64,000 nt of DNA from a virus: IMG/VR virus record IMGVR_UViG_3300021956_000012. One strand, written 5' to 3'. Below, piece after piece: positions 25,316 through 34,868 of the stretch. Position 1 is the first letter of the stretch. The number at the start of each line of letters is the position of its first letter. The notes beneath the pieces were generated by a model. It saw only the letters and a list, made by a program, of their open reading frames with translations. It made no database searches and was not told the origin of the DNA. The position numbers and the translations under genes are program-made.

Positions 25316-25951
25316 ATGAATAAATTAACAGGTATGCTTCTATATGTCCAACTTAACAAGCCAGTCAAGGCTTATGTTAAAGCTGGTGAAGACCCTAAAC
25401 CAGACGAATGGAAAGCGTCTATTGCACTAACTGATGAAGACACAGTAGACGAGTTCGAAGCTTATGCTAAGAAGATCGATGCTAAAGTTTCTTTGAAGAA
25501 AGTCAAGAAAGATGATTTCGAAGAAGTCTACAAAGTAGCACCTCCAGAAGATGCCGGTAAGAATATTTGGGTTGTTACCTTGCGTAAGTCAACTCAACTT
25601 GGTAAAACTGGCAAGCCAGTTCCAGAACTGTATCAACCTAAAGTATTTGAGAAAGTCAAGAATACCTTGGTAGATGTTACTCGCACTAAGCTACCTGCAA
25701 ATGGTTCTATGGGTTCAATCAGTATTGATGTGTTCACTCGTACTAACGGCAATAGTTCTTTATATCTAAAGAACGTCCTTGTTACCGATATGATCGAGTA
25801 CGTAGCTGACGAAAGTGCTGCATACGTTCCCGGTGACGAATTCGGTGATGGTGCAGAAGCTCAAGCAGAAGATGCTCCAAAGGAAAAAGCAAAGCCAAAA
25901 GCTAAGGCTGCTCCTGCCAAAGACGAAGCTGAAGAAGACTCGCCATTTTAA
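25316..25951 (+). CDS. Single-stranded DNA-binding protein (T7 gp2.5-like)
   Basis: NGS motif and acidic tail ending EEDSPF; strong promoter and terminator. Confidence 0.7.
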   Translation: MNKLTGMLLYVQLNKPVKAYVKAGEDPKPDEWKASIALTDEDTVDEFEAYAKKIDAKVSLKKVKKDDFEEVYKVAPPEDAGKNIWVVTLRKSTQLGKTGKPVPELYQPKVFEKVKNTLVDVTRTKLPANGSMGSISIDVFTRTNGNSSLYLKNVLVTDMIEYVADESAAYVPGDEFGDGAEAQAEDAPKEKAKPKAKAAPAKDEAEEDSPF

Positions 25952-25955
25952 TCAT

Positions 25956-25971
25956 AGGGGCTTCGGCCCCT
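25956..25971 (+). terminator. cUUCGg hairpin terminator
   Basis: aggggc-ttcg-gcccct. Confidence 0.6.
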
Positions 25972-25994
25972 CCTTTAACCCCTAGGAGAATTTA

Positions 25995-26204
25995 ATGACA
26001 AAAACCACAAAAGACATTCTTACCGTTCTTTTTGTACTGACTTTTGCAGGTCTGTTGATCGCTTTCGGTCCATTGGCAATTATCTGGTCACTCAACACAT
26101 TGTTTCCTGTGCTAAGTATTCCTTACACTTTCTATAGCTGGTTAGCTGTAGTCGTAATGAACCTAACATGGATGTACAAACCCAATCTAACAAAAGGAAG
26201 CTAA
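25995..26204 (+). CDS. Two-TM membrane protein
   Basis: Hydrophobic; AGGAG RBS. Confidence 0.65.
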   Translation: MTKTTKDILTVLFVLTFAGLLIAFGPLAIIWSLNTLFPVLSIPYTFYSWLAVVVMNLTWMYKPNLTKGS

Positions 26205-26423
26205 ATGCAAAGTAAAGAAGCAATTTCAAAACTGGTAAAACTATACACACAAGAGCAATCACTTGCTGAAGAAATCAAAGAGGTAAAAGACGAGGCTAAA
26301 GCTTCTGGTCTAAACCCTGCGATTCTCAGTGCTGTAGCAAAAGCAGTAGTTAAAGGTCAAGTAGATGAACTAATCGAAAAATCAGAATCTACTCTAGAAG
26401 CTATCCAAATCGCACGTAGCTAA
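26205..26423 (+). CDS. GapR/DUF2312- or T4 DsbA-like small DNA-binding protein
   Basis: LAEEIKEVKDEAKASGLNPAILSAVAK pattern. Confidence 0.5.
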   Translation: MQSKEAISKLVKLYTQEQSLAEEIKEVKDEAKASGLNPAILSAVAKAVVKGQVDELIEKSESTLEAIQIARS

Positions 26424-26433
26424 TCAAAATAAG

Positions 26434-26464
26434 ACCCGTAGGTGAAAGCTTACGGGTTTTTCTT
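26434..26464 (+). terminator. GAAA-loop terminator
   Basis: acccgtaggt-gaaa-gcttacgggt followed by tttcttt. Confidence 0.7.
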
Positions 26465-26476
26465 TTAAGGGACACT

Positions 26477-27457
26477 ATGAATGAACGAGTGCTAATCATT
26501 GACGCTGATTTGATTGCGTACAGATATGCAGCTGCGAATGAGAAACGAACTATCATTGCCAAGCATATAAAATCAAGTAAAGAGAAAATCTTCAAGACAA
26601 GGACAGAACTAAAGACTTTCCTAAAAGAAAAGGATATTGAATTTAAAGCAGAAGACTACGAGATTGAAGACGTACAGACTGCAGCATCTGTAGAGATTGC
26701 TTTAAAGAACATAAAAGGTATCTTAGAGGGTTTAAAAGAGCATACATGGGCAGATAGAGTAGAATTGTATTTAGGTACAGGTAAGACATTCAGACATAAG
26801 TTAGCATTACCTACTCCATATAAAGACAAACGAGATGATCTACTAAAGCCACTACAATTACAAGAAGCTAGAAAGTACTTAATGACAAAGTACAAAGCTC
26901 AATTGGTAAAAGAACTAGAAGTAGATGATGTTGTAACGATCAGAGCCTACGAAGAGAAAGCCAAAGGTAATTATCCTATCTTGGTATCAGTGGATAAAGA
27001 TGCTCAACAGTCGCAAGGTATCGAAGTACTCAATTGGGATAAAGACCCTTGGGAATCTAAGCTTATCCCTGACGTTGGTACTCTCTGGAAAGAAAAGACT
27101 ACTGTAAAAGGTGATGGTTTAAAGTTCCTAGCTTATCAAACTCTTGTAGGAGATACAGCCGATACTTATTGTGGCTACCATCTGTCTGAACTCAAGTACG
27201 GGCCTATGAAGGCTGTAAAGGCGCTAGAAGAGGCTAATACAGAGAAGGCAGTACTGGAGGTGCTCATCAGCGAATACAAGCGTCTATACCCCAATCCTGT
27301 AGTTTATACAGATGTTCATGGCACAGAGCATGAATCCGAGTGGGACGATCTATTGCAGTTGTATTGGGATTGTGCTTACATGAAACGCAGTTGGGATGAT
27401 CCTAGCAGCTTTATGCAGTTTGCAATGGAAAGAGGTGTGAATTTATATGACAATTGA
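26477..27457 (+). CDS. 5'-3' exonuclease (T7 gp6-like)
   Basis: IIDAD, LEVDDVV, VDKD, GDTAD. Confidence 0.85.
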   Translation: MNERVLIIDADLIAYRYAAANEKRTIIAKHIKSSKEKIFKTRTELKTFLKEKDIEFKAEDYEIEDVQTAASVEIALKNIKGILEGLKEHTWADRVELYLGTGKTFRHKLALPTPYKDKRDDLLKPLQLQEARKYLMTKYKAQLVKELEVDDVVTIRAYEEKAKGNYPILVSVDKDAQQSQGIEVLNWDKDPWESKLIPDVGTLWKEKTTVKGDGLKFLAYQTLVGDTADTYCGYHLSELKYGPMKAVKALEEANTEKAVLEVLISEYKRLYPNPVVYTDVHGTEHESEWDDLLQLYWDCAYMKRSWDDPSSFMQFAMERGVNLYDN

Positions 27458-27947
27458 TCTATACAATACAGCTGATGTAAAGACAGTGCGTGAACAACTT
27501 ATCAAAGAACAGCAAGGCTTATGTGCAATTACAGGAATACCAACTGCTAGTAATAATTTTGCACTAGATCACAAGCACGACGATGAACAGCTTGTACGAG
27601 GTGCAGCACATAAGCAAGCAAACGCAGCCTTAGGTAAGTTAGAGAACTTAGCGGTAAGATACCTGTATTGGTATCCAGATGGTTTACCTGAGTTCTTACG
27701 TAAGTGCGCTGAGTACATCGAAAGACAACCAGATCGGCGTTGGCGACATCCCGGTTGGATTAAAAAAGTTAACACTATGTTTAATAAGCTAAAAGAATCA
27801 CAAAAAGATTTTGTACTAGTAGCTTTAGATCAACATAGTTGTAAGAATGGAACAGAACGCAAGAAAGCATTTCAGAAAGCTATATTGACACGCAAGTACA
27901 GTTATGATACAATCTGCTTTCTTATCAACTCAGCAAAGGATGCTTGA
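27447..27947 (+). CDS. Endonuclease VII-like Holliday junction resolvase
   Basis: QQGLCAITG...LDHKH...VRGAAHKQANAALGK plus C-terminal dimerisation-like region. Confidence 0.75.
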   Translation: MTIDLYNTADVKTVREQLIKEQQGLCAITGIPTASNNFALDHKHDDEQLVRGAAHKQANAALGKLENLAVRYLYWYPDGLPEFLRKCAEYIERQPDRRWRHPGWIKKVNTMFNKLKESQKDFVLVALDQHSCKNGTERKKAFQKAILTRKYSYDTICFLINSAKDA

Positions 27948-28129
27948 TGAAAATTAAAGTAATTAAATGCCACAATCCAATTCTCTGGTACTCTAAGCAT
28001 GTCGGTGAAGAATTCAATGTAGAGTTCATTGACGATAAAGCTTATTGGAGTAGAGAACGTGATGGTCAGTTCAATTGTTTAAATTGGATTGCTAAAGAAG
28101 ATGCAACAGTAACAGAAGGAAACCTATGA
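27944..28129 (+). CDS. Hypothetical protein
   Basis: ORF with overlaps. Confidence 0.6.
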   Translation: MMKIKVIKCHNPILWYSKHVGEEFNVEFIDDKAYWSRERDGQFNCLNWIAKEDATVTEGNL

Positions 28130-29073
28130 AATATACAGATGAGACAATTGATAAAATCCTACAAATGAAGTTTGAAGGTTTCTCTTCCAGAGCTATTGCA
28201 AATGCTTTGAACATCAGTAAATCAGGTGTCAATGACCTCTTGCAACGTGATCGACAGTTACAATACGATCCTCGTGACGTAGCTTTTAAGAAGACTGGAC
28301 CAAAGATTTTAGTGTTCGATACAGAGACTGCAGCAGCTACAGCTTTAACGTTCGGTCGATTCAAAGTTAACCTATCTCAAGATAACATCTTAGATAATGG
28401 TGGTTGGATTCTTTGTGCTTGCTGGCGCTGGTTAGGAGAATATGAAACACATCGTATCTTCTTGACACCAACTGAAGTAGCTGAGAAAGACGATAGTCGC
28501 ATTGTAGCTAAACTGTTTGAACTCTATGAAGAAGCTGACGCTGTACTAGCTCATAACTCTCAAGGATTTGATCATAAAGTTGTACAGACTCGTGCTATTG
28601 CCAGTGGTTTCCCTCCACTGCCTCAGGTTAAAGTACTAGACACACTACAACTCGTCAAGAAATACTTAAAGCTGCCTAGCAATCGTTTAGATGCTATTGG
28701 GGAGTTCTTCGGCTTAGGTCGTAAGATTTCAACTGGAGGTATCTCACTATGGCGTAGAGTGCAAGAAGGTGATGTACAAGCTATGGAAGACATGGTAACG
28801 TACTGTGAACAAGACGTTGATCTACTGTATGATGTATACTTGCGTACTCGACAACTAGGTCGTGCTGGTTCAGACTTCAATGCTGCTCTTTATTTTGACG
28901 ATAATTTGACTCGATGCCGTGTATGCGGTAGTTCTGATGTAGAATTCACTGGTCGAACTACTGAGACTTCTTTGAACGTATTTGAAGAAGTTCGCTGTAA
29001 TGAGTGCGGTGCAGTTCATCGTCATCGCAAGTCAATTACCAGTAAAGAAAAGCGAAATAGCTTGCTTGCATAA
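28126..29073 (+). CDS. HTH + RNase H-like (DEDD) exonuclease + zinc ribbon
   Basis: SSRAIANALNISKSGV HTH; FDTET, AHNSQGFD, YCEQDV; CRVC...CNEC. Confidence 0.8.
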   Translation: MKYTDETIDKILQMKFEGFSSRAIANALNISKSGVNDLLQRDRQLQYDPRDVAFKKTGPKILVFDTETAAATALTFGRFKVNLSQDNILDNGGWILCACWRWLGEYETHRIFLTPTEVAEKDDSRIVAKLFELYEEADAVLAHNSQGFDHKVVQTRAIASGFPPLPQVKVLDTLQLVKKYLKLPSNRLDAIGEFFGLGRKISTGGISLWRRVQEGDVQAMEDMVTYCEQDVDLLYDVYLRTRQLGRAGSDFNAALYFDDNLTRCRVCGSSDVEFTGRTTETSLNVFEEVRCNECGAVHRHRKSITSKEKRNSLLA

Positions 29074-29091
29074 TGCAATCTGTGTTATAAT
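29062..29091 (+). promoter_or_regulatory. sigma70-type promoter
   Basis: TTGCTT-18-TATAAT. Confidence 0.55.
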
Positions 29092-29130
29092 AGCGTAACA
29101 GCACTTCGTTAATAACAATTTAAATTAACA

Positions 29131-29156
29131 CCCCGGCTAATAACCGGGGATTTTTT
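29131..29156 (+). terminator. Rho-independent terminator
   Basis: ccccgg-ctaataa-ccgggg followed by atttttt. Confidence 0.75.
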
Positions 29157-29177
29157 GTCTCTTGAAAGGAGCTTCTT

Positions 29178-29345
29178 ATGCAACCTTGGGTTAAATGGCT
29201 GGTTAGTCGTAATCTAAAATTCATCGTGTATCTTGTTTGGCTACTAGCCTTGCCGTTGTATTGGTTGGTCTATCTGAAACAATCAATGGAAGATGCAATT
29301 TCTGATATCATCTCAATTAAAGACATTAAAAAGGAAGACCTATGA
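29178..29345 (+). CDS. Small membrane protein (55 aa, not in ORF track)
   Basis: MQPWVKWLVSRNLKFIVYLVWLLALPLYWLVYL...; AAGGAG RBS. Confidence 0.55.
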   Translation: MQPWVKWLVSRNLKFIVYLVWLLALPLYWLVYLKQSMEDAISDIISIKDIKKEDL

Positions 29346-29845
29346 TTAGTACCTACAATATTTCAGATTTTCAAATGGATTGCTATGCCTTCAATGAGAT
29401 CGCAGGTAAGCACGATCTAACTACTTTGAAAGATATCGACTTTCAGTATAAGTTAATCTATGAAGAAACCAAAGAGATTAAAGAAAAAGGTATCGATAAG
29501 AACAACGCTAAAGAAGTTGTGGACGGTGTAGTTGATGTTTTAGTCACTGCATTAGGATTGGCTCAAAAGCTTGAACATCTTGGAGTAGATATGAACAAAG
29601 CAATGCGAGACACTGCTTATAATAACCTGACCAAATTCCCTGCTAAAGAACTGACTGCAATTCAAACTGCTCAAATGTACGAAGCAGATGGTATTATGGT
29701 TATGGTAGAATATAATTCTTTATATGACTTATTTGTCATTAAGAATATGCACGATAAGGTTATGAAACCGATTGATTTTGAATCCAACGATCTATCTAAT
29801 TGCATTCCTAAGGAACTATTGGAGAATGGTTTTGACACATATTAA
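29342..29845 (+). CDS. MazG-like NTP pyrophosphohydrolase
   Basis: IYEETKEIKE...EVVDGVVDVLV...NNLTK. Confidence 0.75.
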   Translation: MISTYNISDFQMDCYAFNEIAGKHDLTTLKDIDFQYKLIYEETKEIKEKGIDKNNAKEVVDGVVDVLVTALGLAQKLEHLGVDMNKAMRDTAYNNLTKFPAKELTAIQTAQMYEADGIMVMVEYNSLYDLFVIKNMHDKVMKPIDFESNDLSNCIPKELLENGFDTY

Positions 29846-30404
29846 GAGTATCGTACACGATATTACCATCGATGAGAATGTAAAGTACGAAGCATTCAAA
29901 GACCCAGATCATAGTTGTGGAAATAATACATGTGCTTTTAATGGTTCAGATTGTGAGCGTATGCAAGAAGAATATTATTGTTTTGAGAATAAAATATTCT
30001 GGTTAAGAAAGGAAGATATGAAATCAATTACACAAGAAATCAAAGAGTGGGAAAACGGAGAAATTAATACTCAAGTTCCGGGTACTAAATACGACCAAGG
30101 TAAGTTGCAATATACATTAGTACCTCCGTATGCATTACAGCAAGTTGCACGTAATTTAACAGAAGGTTTGAAAAAATATAAAGAGCGAAACAACTGGCAG
30201 AAAGTAGAAGGTGCAGAGCAACGTTATATGGATGCCCTTATGAGGCATTTTGAGGCCATTAGAAGGGGTGAAATCTATGACGTAGATAGCAGTGACCCAA
30301 CTATCAGTCATATGTCTGCTGTAGCCGTTAATGCGATGTTCTTGCTAGAGTTTATGTATAACCCTGAGCTGCAGAAAGACCTTGCTTTACCGAAATCCCT
30401 GTGA
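29826..30404 (+). CDS. dATP/dGTP diphosphohydrolase-like (DUF5664) protein
   Basis: GTKYDQGK...GLKKY...NWQK...ALMRH...HMSAVAVNAMFL; alternative start at 30018. Confidence 0.75.
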   Translation: MVLTHIKSIVHDITIDENVKYEAFKDPDHSCGNNTCAFNGSDCERMQEEYYCFENKIFWLRKEDMKSITQEIKEWENGEINTQVPGTKYDQGKLQYTLVPPYALQQVARNLTEGLKKYKERNNWQKVEGAEQRYMDALMRHFEAIRRGEIYDVDSSDPTISHMSAVAVNAMFLLEFMYNPELQKDLALPKSL

Positions 30405-30410
30405 TATAAT
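30382..30410 (+). promoter_or_regulatory. Promoter of nrd operon
   Basis: TTGCTT-17-TATAAT with TG. Confidence 0.7.
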
Positions 30411-30440
30411 CACTATTCTCTTAATTTTTAAAGGTAGTAT

Positions 30441-30860
30441 ATGAACAAAAAATTAAAGTTCCCACCTCGACCAAGTGCTATTGTTGCACTATGCATTATC
30501 TCTGAATCAGAAATCATTAAAGTAATGCCAAACTATTCAGCAGAGTTTGAAAACGAAGAGATTAAGTTTAAAAGCTTTCTGTATTCACTAGGTATGGATA
30601 TCAGCAAACCATATCAGCGCCAAGATGGTCTACAGCACAGAAACCGTTTAAATGAAATCGTTGTATGCAGTCGATGGGTAGGTGAAGAGAGAATTGATGA
30701 AGCTTGGATTTATGGTGGTTACGCAAGTAAACCAGCAATTGATAAAGCAAGTGGCAGTAAATTAACAGAAGACCTCTATCGAGCAAGATACGAAACAGAA
30801 GATGCACAAGCTATCTTGGAAGCTAGAGATCGATACAATACAATCACAGAGGATGAATAA
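30441..30860 (+). CDS. Hypothetical protein
   Basis: ORF track. Confidence 0.65.
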   Translation: MNKKLKFPPRPSAIVALCIISESEIIKVMPNYSAEFENEEIKFKSFLYSLGMDISKPYQRQDGLQHRNRLNEIVVCSRWVGEERIDEAWIYGGYASKPAIDKASGSKLTEDLYRARYETEDAQAILEARDRYNTITEDE

Positions 30861-32650
30861 TGAAGATTAAAAAAGATTACACAAAAGATACACTATTTGA
30901 CGAGTTAGGTTTAAAACGTCTTAAAGAGTCTTATATGAAAGAGGATGAAGTGTCGCCTCAAGATCGCTTTGCTTTTGTATCTAAATCTTTTGCTTCTAAC
31001 GAAGGACACGCCCAACGATTATATGGCTATGCATCCGGTCACTGGCTTTCATATTCTACGCCTATCCTTTCATTCGGTCGAAATAAACGTGGATTACCTA
31101 TTAGTTGTTATCTAAACTATCTGGATGATACATCCGAAGGCTTAGTTAATAATCTATCAGAAACTAATTGGTTATCCATGATGGGCGGTGGTGTAGGGGT
31201 TCATGTAGGAATTCGTGGCTGCGATGAAAAATCTGCAGGTGTTATGCCGCATTTAAAAGTCTATGATTCTTCTAGTTTAGCTTATAAACAAGGAACTACT
31301 CGTAGGGGTTCTTACGCTGCCTATCTAGACATTAGTCATCCAGATATCATCCAGTTCTTAGAAATGCGTAAACCAACTGGTGATCAGAATATGCGAACAT
31401 TGAATCTAAATCATGGTGTAAATATTCCTGATAAATTTATGCAGATTATTGAGAAATGCATGGTTGATCCGACCTTTGACGATTCATGGGAACTTATTCA
31501 ACCCCACAGTGGTAAAGTAACTGAAGTTGTATCTGCAAAAGCCTTATGGATGAAACTATTAGAATTGCGCATGCAAACTGGCGAACCATATCTTTGGTTT
31601 ATTGATCGTGCAAATGAAGGATTACCTGATTATCAGAAAGCACTTGGATTAAAAAATCATGGCAGCAACTTATGCAGTGAAATTTCATTAGCCACTTCAG
31701 CAGAACGTACTGCAGTTTGTTGCTTATCTTCTGTGAATTTGGAATACTATGATGAATGGAAAAATGATAAATTATTCCTTCAAGATGTTCTTGAAATGCT
31801 TGACAATGTTGTCGAATATTTCATTCAAAATGCACCAGATGAAATTAAACGAGCAAAGTACAGCGCACAACGTGAAAGAAGTGTAGGTGTAGGCGCTTTA
31901 GGTTTTCATGCTTACTTGCAGAAAAAGAATATTGCATTCGAAGGTCCAATCGCTAAAAGCTTGAACAAACAGATGTTTAAACACATTCGTACTGAACTAG
32001 ATTTTGCTAATTTTAAATTAGCTACAGAGCGTGGGGCATGTCCTGATGCTGCAGAATTTAATATTATGAAGAGATGTAGTCATGTGATGGCTGTAGCTCC
32101 TAATGCATCAAGTTCAATTATTATGGGCAATACAAGTCCAAGTATTGAACCATATTCTGCAAATGCTTACAGACAAGACACTAGTTCTGGAGCTTTTCTA
32201 AATAAGAATAGATTTTTAGATAAGATCATTAAAGAAACTGCAATTGGTAAGGATGAATCATGGTATGATGATACATGGGCAAGTATTATTGCTAATGATG
32301 GTTCTGTACAACATTTAGAGTGGATGGAAGATCACACTAAAGATGTGTTCAAAACTGCACCAGAAATTGATCAACGTTGGGTTATTGAGCACTGTTCAGA
32401 TAGACAACAATTTGTAGATCAGGCGATTAGTACTAATTTGTTCTTCAGACCGGATGTAAATATTAAATATCTACATGCCGTTCACTTTCAAGCTTGGAAG
32501 CAAGGTTTAAAATCTTTGTACTATGTCCGAAGTGCGAAGTTAAGAAAAGCTGATAAAGTAGGTCAAAAAGTTGAACGTAAGCGTATTGAAGATGAAATTG
32601 ATATGATTGCACTAGTTAACAACGAAACTTGCATTGCTTGTGAAGGTTGA
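30860..32650 (+). CDS. nrdA: Ribonucleotide reductase class I alpha subunit (no ATP cone)
   Basis: PISC, GSNLCSEI, VAPNASSS, KSLYY, C-terminal CIACEG. Confidence 0.95.
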   Translation: MKIKKDYTKDTLFDELGLKRLKESYMKEDEVSPQDRFAFVSKSFASNEGHAQRLYGYASGHWLSYSTPILSFGRNKRGLPISCYLNYLDDTSEGLVNNLSETNWLSMMGGGVGVHVGIRGCDEKSAGVMPHLKVYDSSSLAYKQGTTRRGSYAAYLDISHPDIIQFLEMRKPTGDQNMRTLNLNHGVNIPDKFMQIIEKCMVDPTFDDSWELIQPHSGKVTEVVSAKALWMKLLELRMQTGEPYLWFIDRANEGLPDYQKALGLKNHGSNLCSEISLATSAERTAVCCLSSVNLEYYDEWKNDKLFLQDVLEMLDNVVEYFIQNAPDEIKRAKYSAQRERSVGVGALGFHAYLQKKNIAFEGPIAKSLNKQMFKHIRTELDFANFKLATERGACPDAAEFNIMKRCSHVMAVAPNASSSIIMGNTSPSIEPYSANAYRQDTSSGAFLNKNRFLDKIIKETAIGKDESWYDDTWASIIANDGSVQHLEWMEDHTKDVFKTAPEIDQRWVIEHCSDRQQFVDQAISTNLFFRPDVNIKYLHAVHFQAWKQGLKSLYYVRSAKLRKADKVGQKVERKRIEDEIDMIALVNNETCIACEG

Positions 32651-32688
32651 TGTATAATAGAGGCCACTTCGGTGGCTTCTTATTTATT
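32629..32688 (+). promoter_or_regulatory. Promoter overlapping nrdA terminator
   Basis: TTGCAT-18-TATAAT; hairpin gaggccac-ttcg-gtggcttc (32660-79) plus ttattt. Confidence 0.6.
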
Positions 32689-32699
32689 TAAAGGACAAA

Positions 32700-33671
32700 A
32701 TGAAAACAAAATTAAAACTGACAGATCAACGTAATTATTTTAAACCATTTAGCTATCCTTGGGCTTATGATGCATTTCTAATGTCTGAAAAGATGCATTG
32801 GTTGCACACCGAAGTTCCAATGATTGAAGATATTAACGATTGGAAGAATAAGTTAACAGAGGGTGAAAAACAGTTTCTGACGCATATCTTTCGTTTCTTT
32901 ACTCAAGGGGATATTGATGTGGCAGGGGCTTATGTTAATAACTATTTGCCAAATTTTCCAGCTCCAGAAGTGCGGATGATGCTTTCAAGTTTTGCTGCAC
33001 GAGAAGCTATTCACGTAGCTGCTTATTCGCACTTGATTGAAACGCTAGGTATGCCTGAAACAACCTACAACGAGTTCCTGCAGTATGAAGAAATGAAAGC
33101 TAAACACGACTATATCGAATCTTTCATTGTTCAAGATGAAAACTCAGTGGCTCAACAAGTTGCTGTATTCAGCGCTTTCACAGAAGGTATGCAACTGTTT
33201 AGTTCATTCGTAATGCTACTAAACTTTACCCGCTTTGGTAAAATGAAAGGCATGGGTCAGATCATTGCTTGGAGTCAAGTGGATGAATCACTACATACAG
33301 AAAGCATGATTAAGCTATTCAGAGAGTTTGTTAAAGAGAATAAACATATCTGGAATGACGAATTAAAGTCTCAGTTGTATACTATTGCTCAAACAATGGT
33401 TGATCTTGAAGATAAATTTATTGACTTAGCTTTCGGTGTAAATGAAATGCAAGGTTTGACTAAAGAAGAAGTCAAAGAATACATTCGGTATATTGCAGAT
33501 CGCAGATTAATTGCATTAGGACTAAAGGGTATTTTTAAGATCAAAAAGAATCCGTTACCTTGGGTTGATGGAATGCTTGGGACTACACACAGTAATTTCT
33601 TTGAGCAACGAGTTACTGATTACGCTAAAGGCGCTTTAACGGGTGACTGGCAAGATGTGTGGGCTAAGTAA
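32700..33671 (+). CDS. nrdB: Ribonucleotide reductase class I beta subunit
   Basis: FFTQGD, EAIH, TEGMQLF, DESLH, NFFE. Confidence 0.95.
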   Translation: MKTKLKLTDQRNYFKPFSYPWAYDAFLMSEKMHWLHTEVPMIEDINDWKNKLTEGEKQFLTHIFRFFTQGDIDVAGAYVNNYLPNFPAPEVRMMLSSFAAREAIHVAAYSHLIETLGMPETTYNEFLQYEEMKAKHDYIESFIVQDENSVAQQVAVFSAFTEGMQLFSSFVMLLNFTRFGKMKGMGQIIAWSQVDESLHTESMIKLFREFVKENKHIWNDELKSQLYTIAQTMVDLEDKFIDLAFGVNEMQGLTKEEVKEYIRYIADRRLIALGLKGIFKIKKNPLPWVDGMLGTTHSNFFEQRVTDYAKGALTGDWQDVWAK

Positions 33672-34104
33672 GAAGTGCAGTAGGTGTAGCGAGATAAAAC
33701 CACTCAGTGAATTTTCAAACTACAAACACTCAAAAGACGGAAAGAAAGCTGGATGTAAAGCTTGTCAAAAACTCTACAACGATAAGTGGCATCTTGCTAA
33801 TAAAGATAAAAAGGCAGATTCGAATCGATGGTGGATGATTGGCAATAAATATAACCTAACGAAAGAACAGTATTTGGCAATGCTTACAGAGCAAAACTTT
33901 TGTTGCAAAATTTGCCATACACACCAAGATGAAAATACTCACGGATATTTGTATGTAGATCATTGTCATACCACAAACATAGTTCGAGGTCTTTTATGTA
34001 GATCGTGCAATTCGATGTTAGGTATGGCAAAAGATGATATAGATATATTAACAAATGCAATTAAATATTTAAAGGAACAAAATGAAAAATCTAGTAATCT
34101 ATAG
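33655..34104 (+). CDS. Endonuclease VII-type freestanding homing endonuclease
   Basis: CSRC...CKAC N-terminal finger; CKIC...VDHCHTTNIVRGLLCRSCN; overlaps nrdB 3' end. Confidence 0.85.
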   Translation: MCGLSKKCSRCSEIKPLSEFSNYKHSKDGKKAGCKACQKLYNDKWHLANKDKKADSNRWWMIGNKYNLTKEQYLAMLTEQNFCCKICHTHQDENTHGYLYVDHCHTTNIVRGLLCRSCNSMLGMAKDDIDILTNAIKYLKEQNEKSSNL

Positions 34105-34324
34105 CGCCACATGGTGTAATCCTTGCCAACAGTTGAAAAAAGTACTATCAGTTACTGATCTTGGTATTCCTATCAGTACAATTGATATTGACAGCGATCC
34201 ACTATCTGCTGCAGAGTATGCAATTCGAGGTGTACCTACGGTATTGCTCATGGAAGATATGCAGGTGGTAAAACGCCACACTGGTTCTATGACAGCTAAA
34301 CAATTAGAAGAGTTTGTAAAATAA
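34082..34324 (+). CDS. Thioredoxin
   Basis: WCNPC, IRGVPT. Confidence 0.9.
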   Translation: MKNLVIYSATWCNPCQQLKKVLSVTDLGIPISTIDIDSDPLSAAEYAIRGVPTVLLMEDMQVVKRHTGSMTAKQLEEFVK

Positions 34325-34333
34325 TACAGACGT

Positions 34334-34372
34334 AAAAAAGCCGGGAGTCCTGTAAAGGATATCCCGGTTTTC
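34334..34372 (+). terminator. Bidirectional terminator at the convergence of replication and late blocks
   Basis: A-run, gccgggagtcct-gtaa-aggatatcccggt, T-run. Confidence 0.8.
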
Positions 34373-34867
34373 TTATTTGTATTTTAGAACAAAGTTATTA
34401 ACGGTAGTTTGAACATCATCGTATTGCTTATAGCACTGGATTAGTTCTGTTTTAAGTCTTTCGGTATCACGAGCGTACCCTGCAAGAAAAGTTCCATCTT
34501 CTTTATATAGTCCTGCTCCAGTAGTTCCTTTGGGGCTTTCTGGATTGCTGGTACTGTTGGAGCTATTACCTTGAGACTCTTGTCGGCTTGGACGGTACTG
34601 CAAGCTTGCAATGATAGAAGCATAACGAGCATTAATAGTTTTGATTTCAGCATCCTTATTCTCCTGTAGTACTTTAACTTTAGTTTCTAATGCACTTTGA
34701 ACTTTTAGATTAGCTTCAGTTAATTTTGTTAATTCTTTATTGTACTTTATTTGTTGAGTAACGGCATATTCATTGACAGCTACTTTAACTTCATACTTAT
34801 GCCAAAAGAAAGCACCAATAATGATACTGATAATGACAATCCAACGTACAGATAGCATTGTTTGCAT
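34373..34867 (-). CDS. i-spanin (Rz-like)
   Basis: N-terminal TM followed by coiled coil, downstream of endolysin. Confidence 0.75.
   Translation of the reverse strand: MQTMLSVRWIVIISIIIGAFFWHKYEVKVAVNEYAVTQQIKYNKELTKLTEANLKVQSALETKVKVLQENKDAEIKTINARYASIIASLQYRPSRQESQGNSSNSTSNPESPKGTTGAGLYKEDGTFLAGYARDTERLKTELIQCYKQYDDVQTTVNNFVLKYK
34441..34653 (-). CDS. o-spanin (Rz1-like lipoprotein) embedded in i-spanin
   Basis: Signal peptide with lipobox LQAC, Pro-rich, in an alternate frame. Confidence 0.75.
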   Translation of the reverse strand: MLKSKLLMLVMLLSLQACSTVQADKSLKVIAPTVPAIQKAPKELLEQDYIKKMELFLQGTLVIPKDLKQN

Positions 34868-34868
34868 C

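Noticed and set aside
29342-30404. 2-aminoadenine or other modified-base genome, suggested by MazG and DUF5664
   Set aside because: No PurZ, queuosine-pathway genes, glycosyltransferase or methyltransferase recognised; these hydrolases are common without modification
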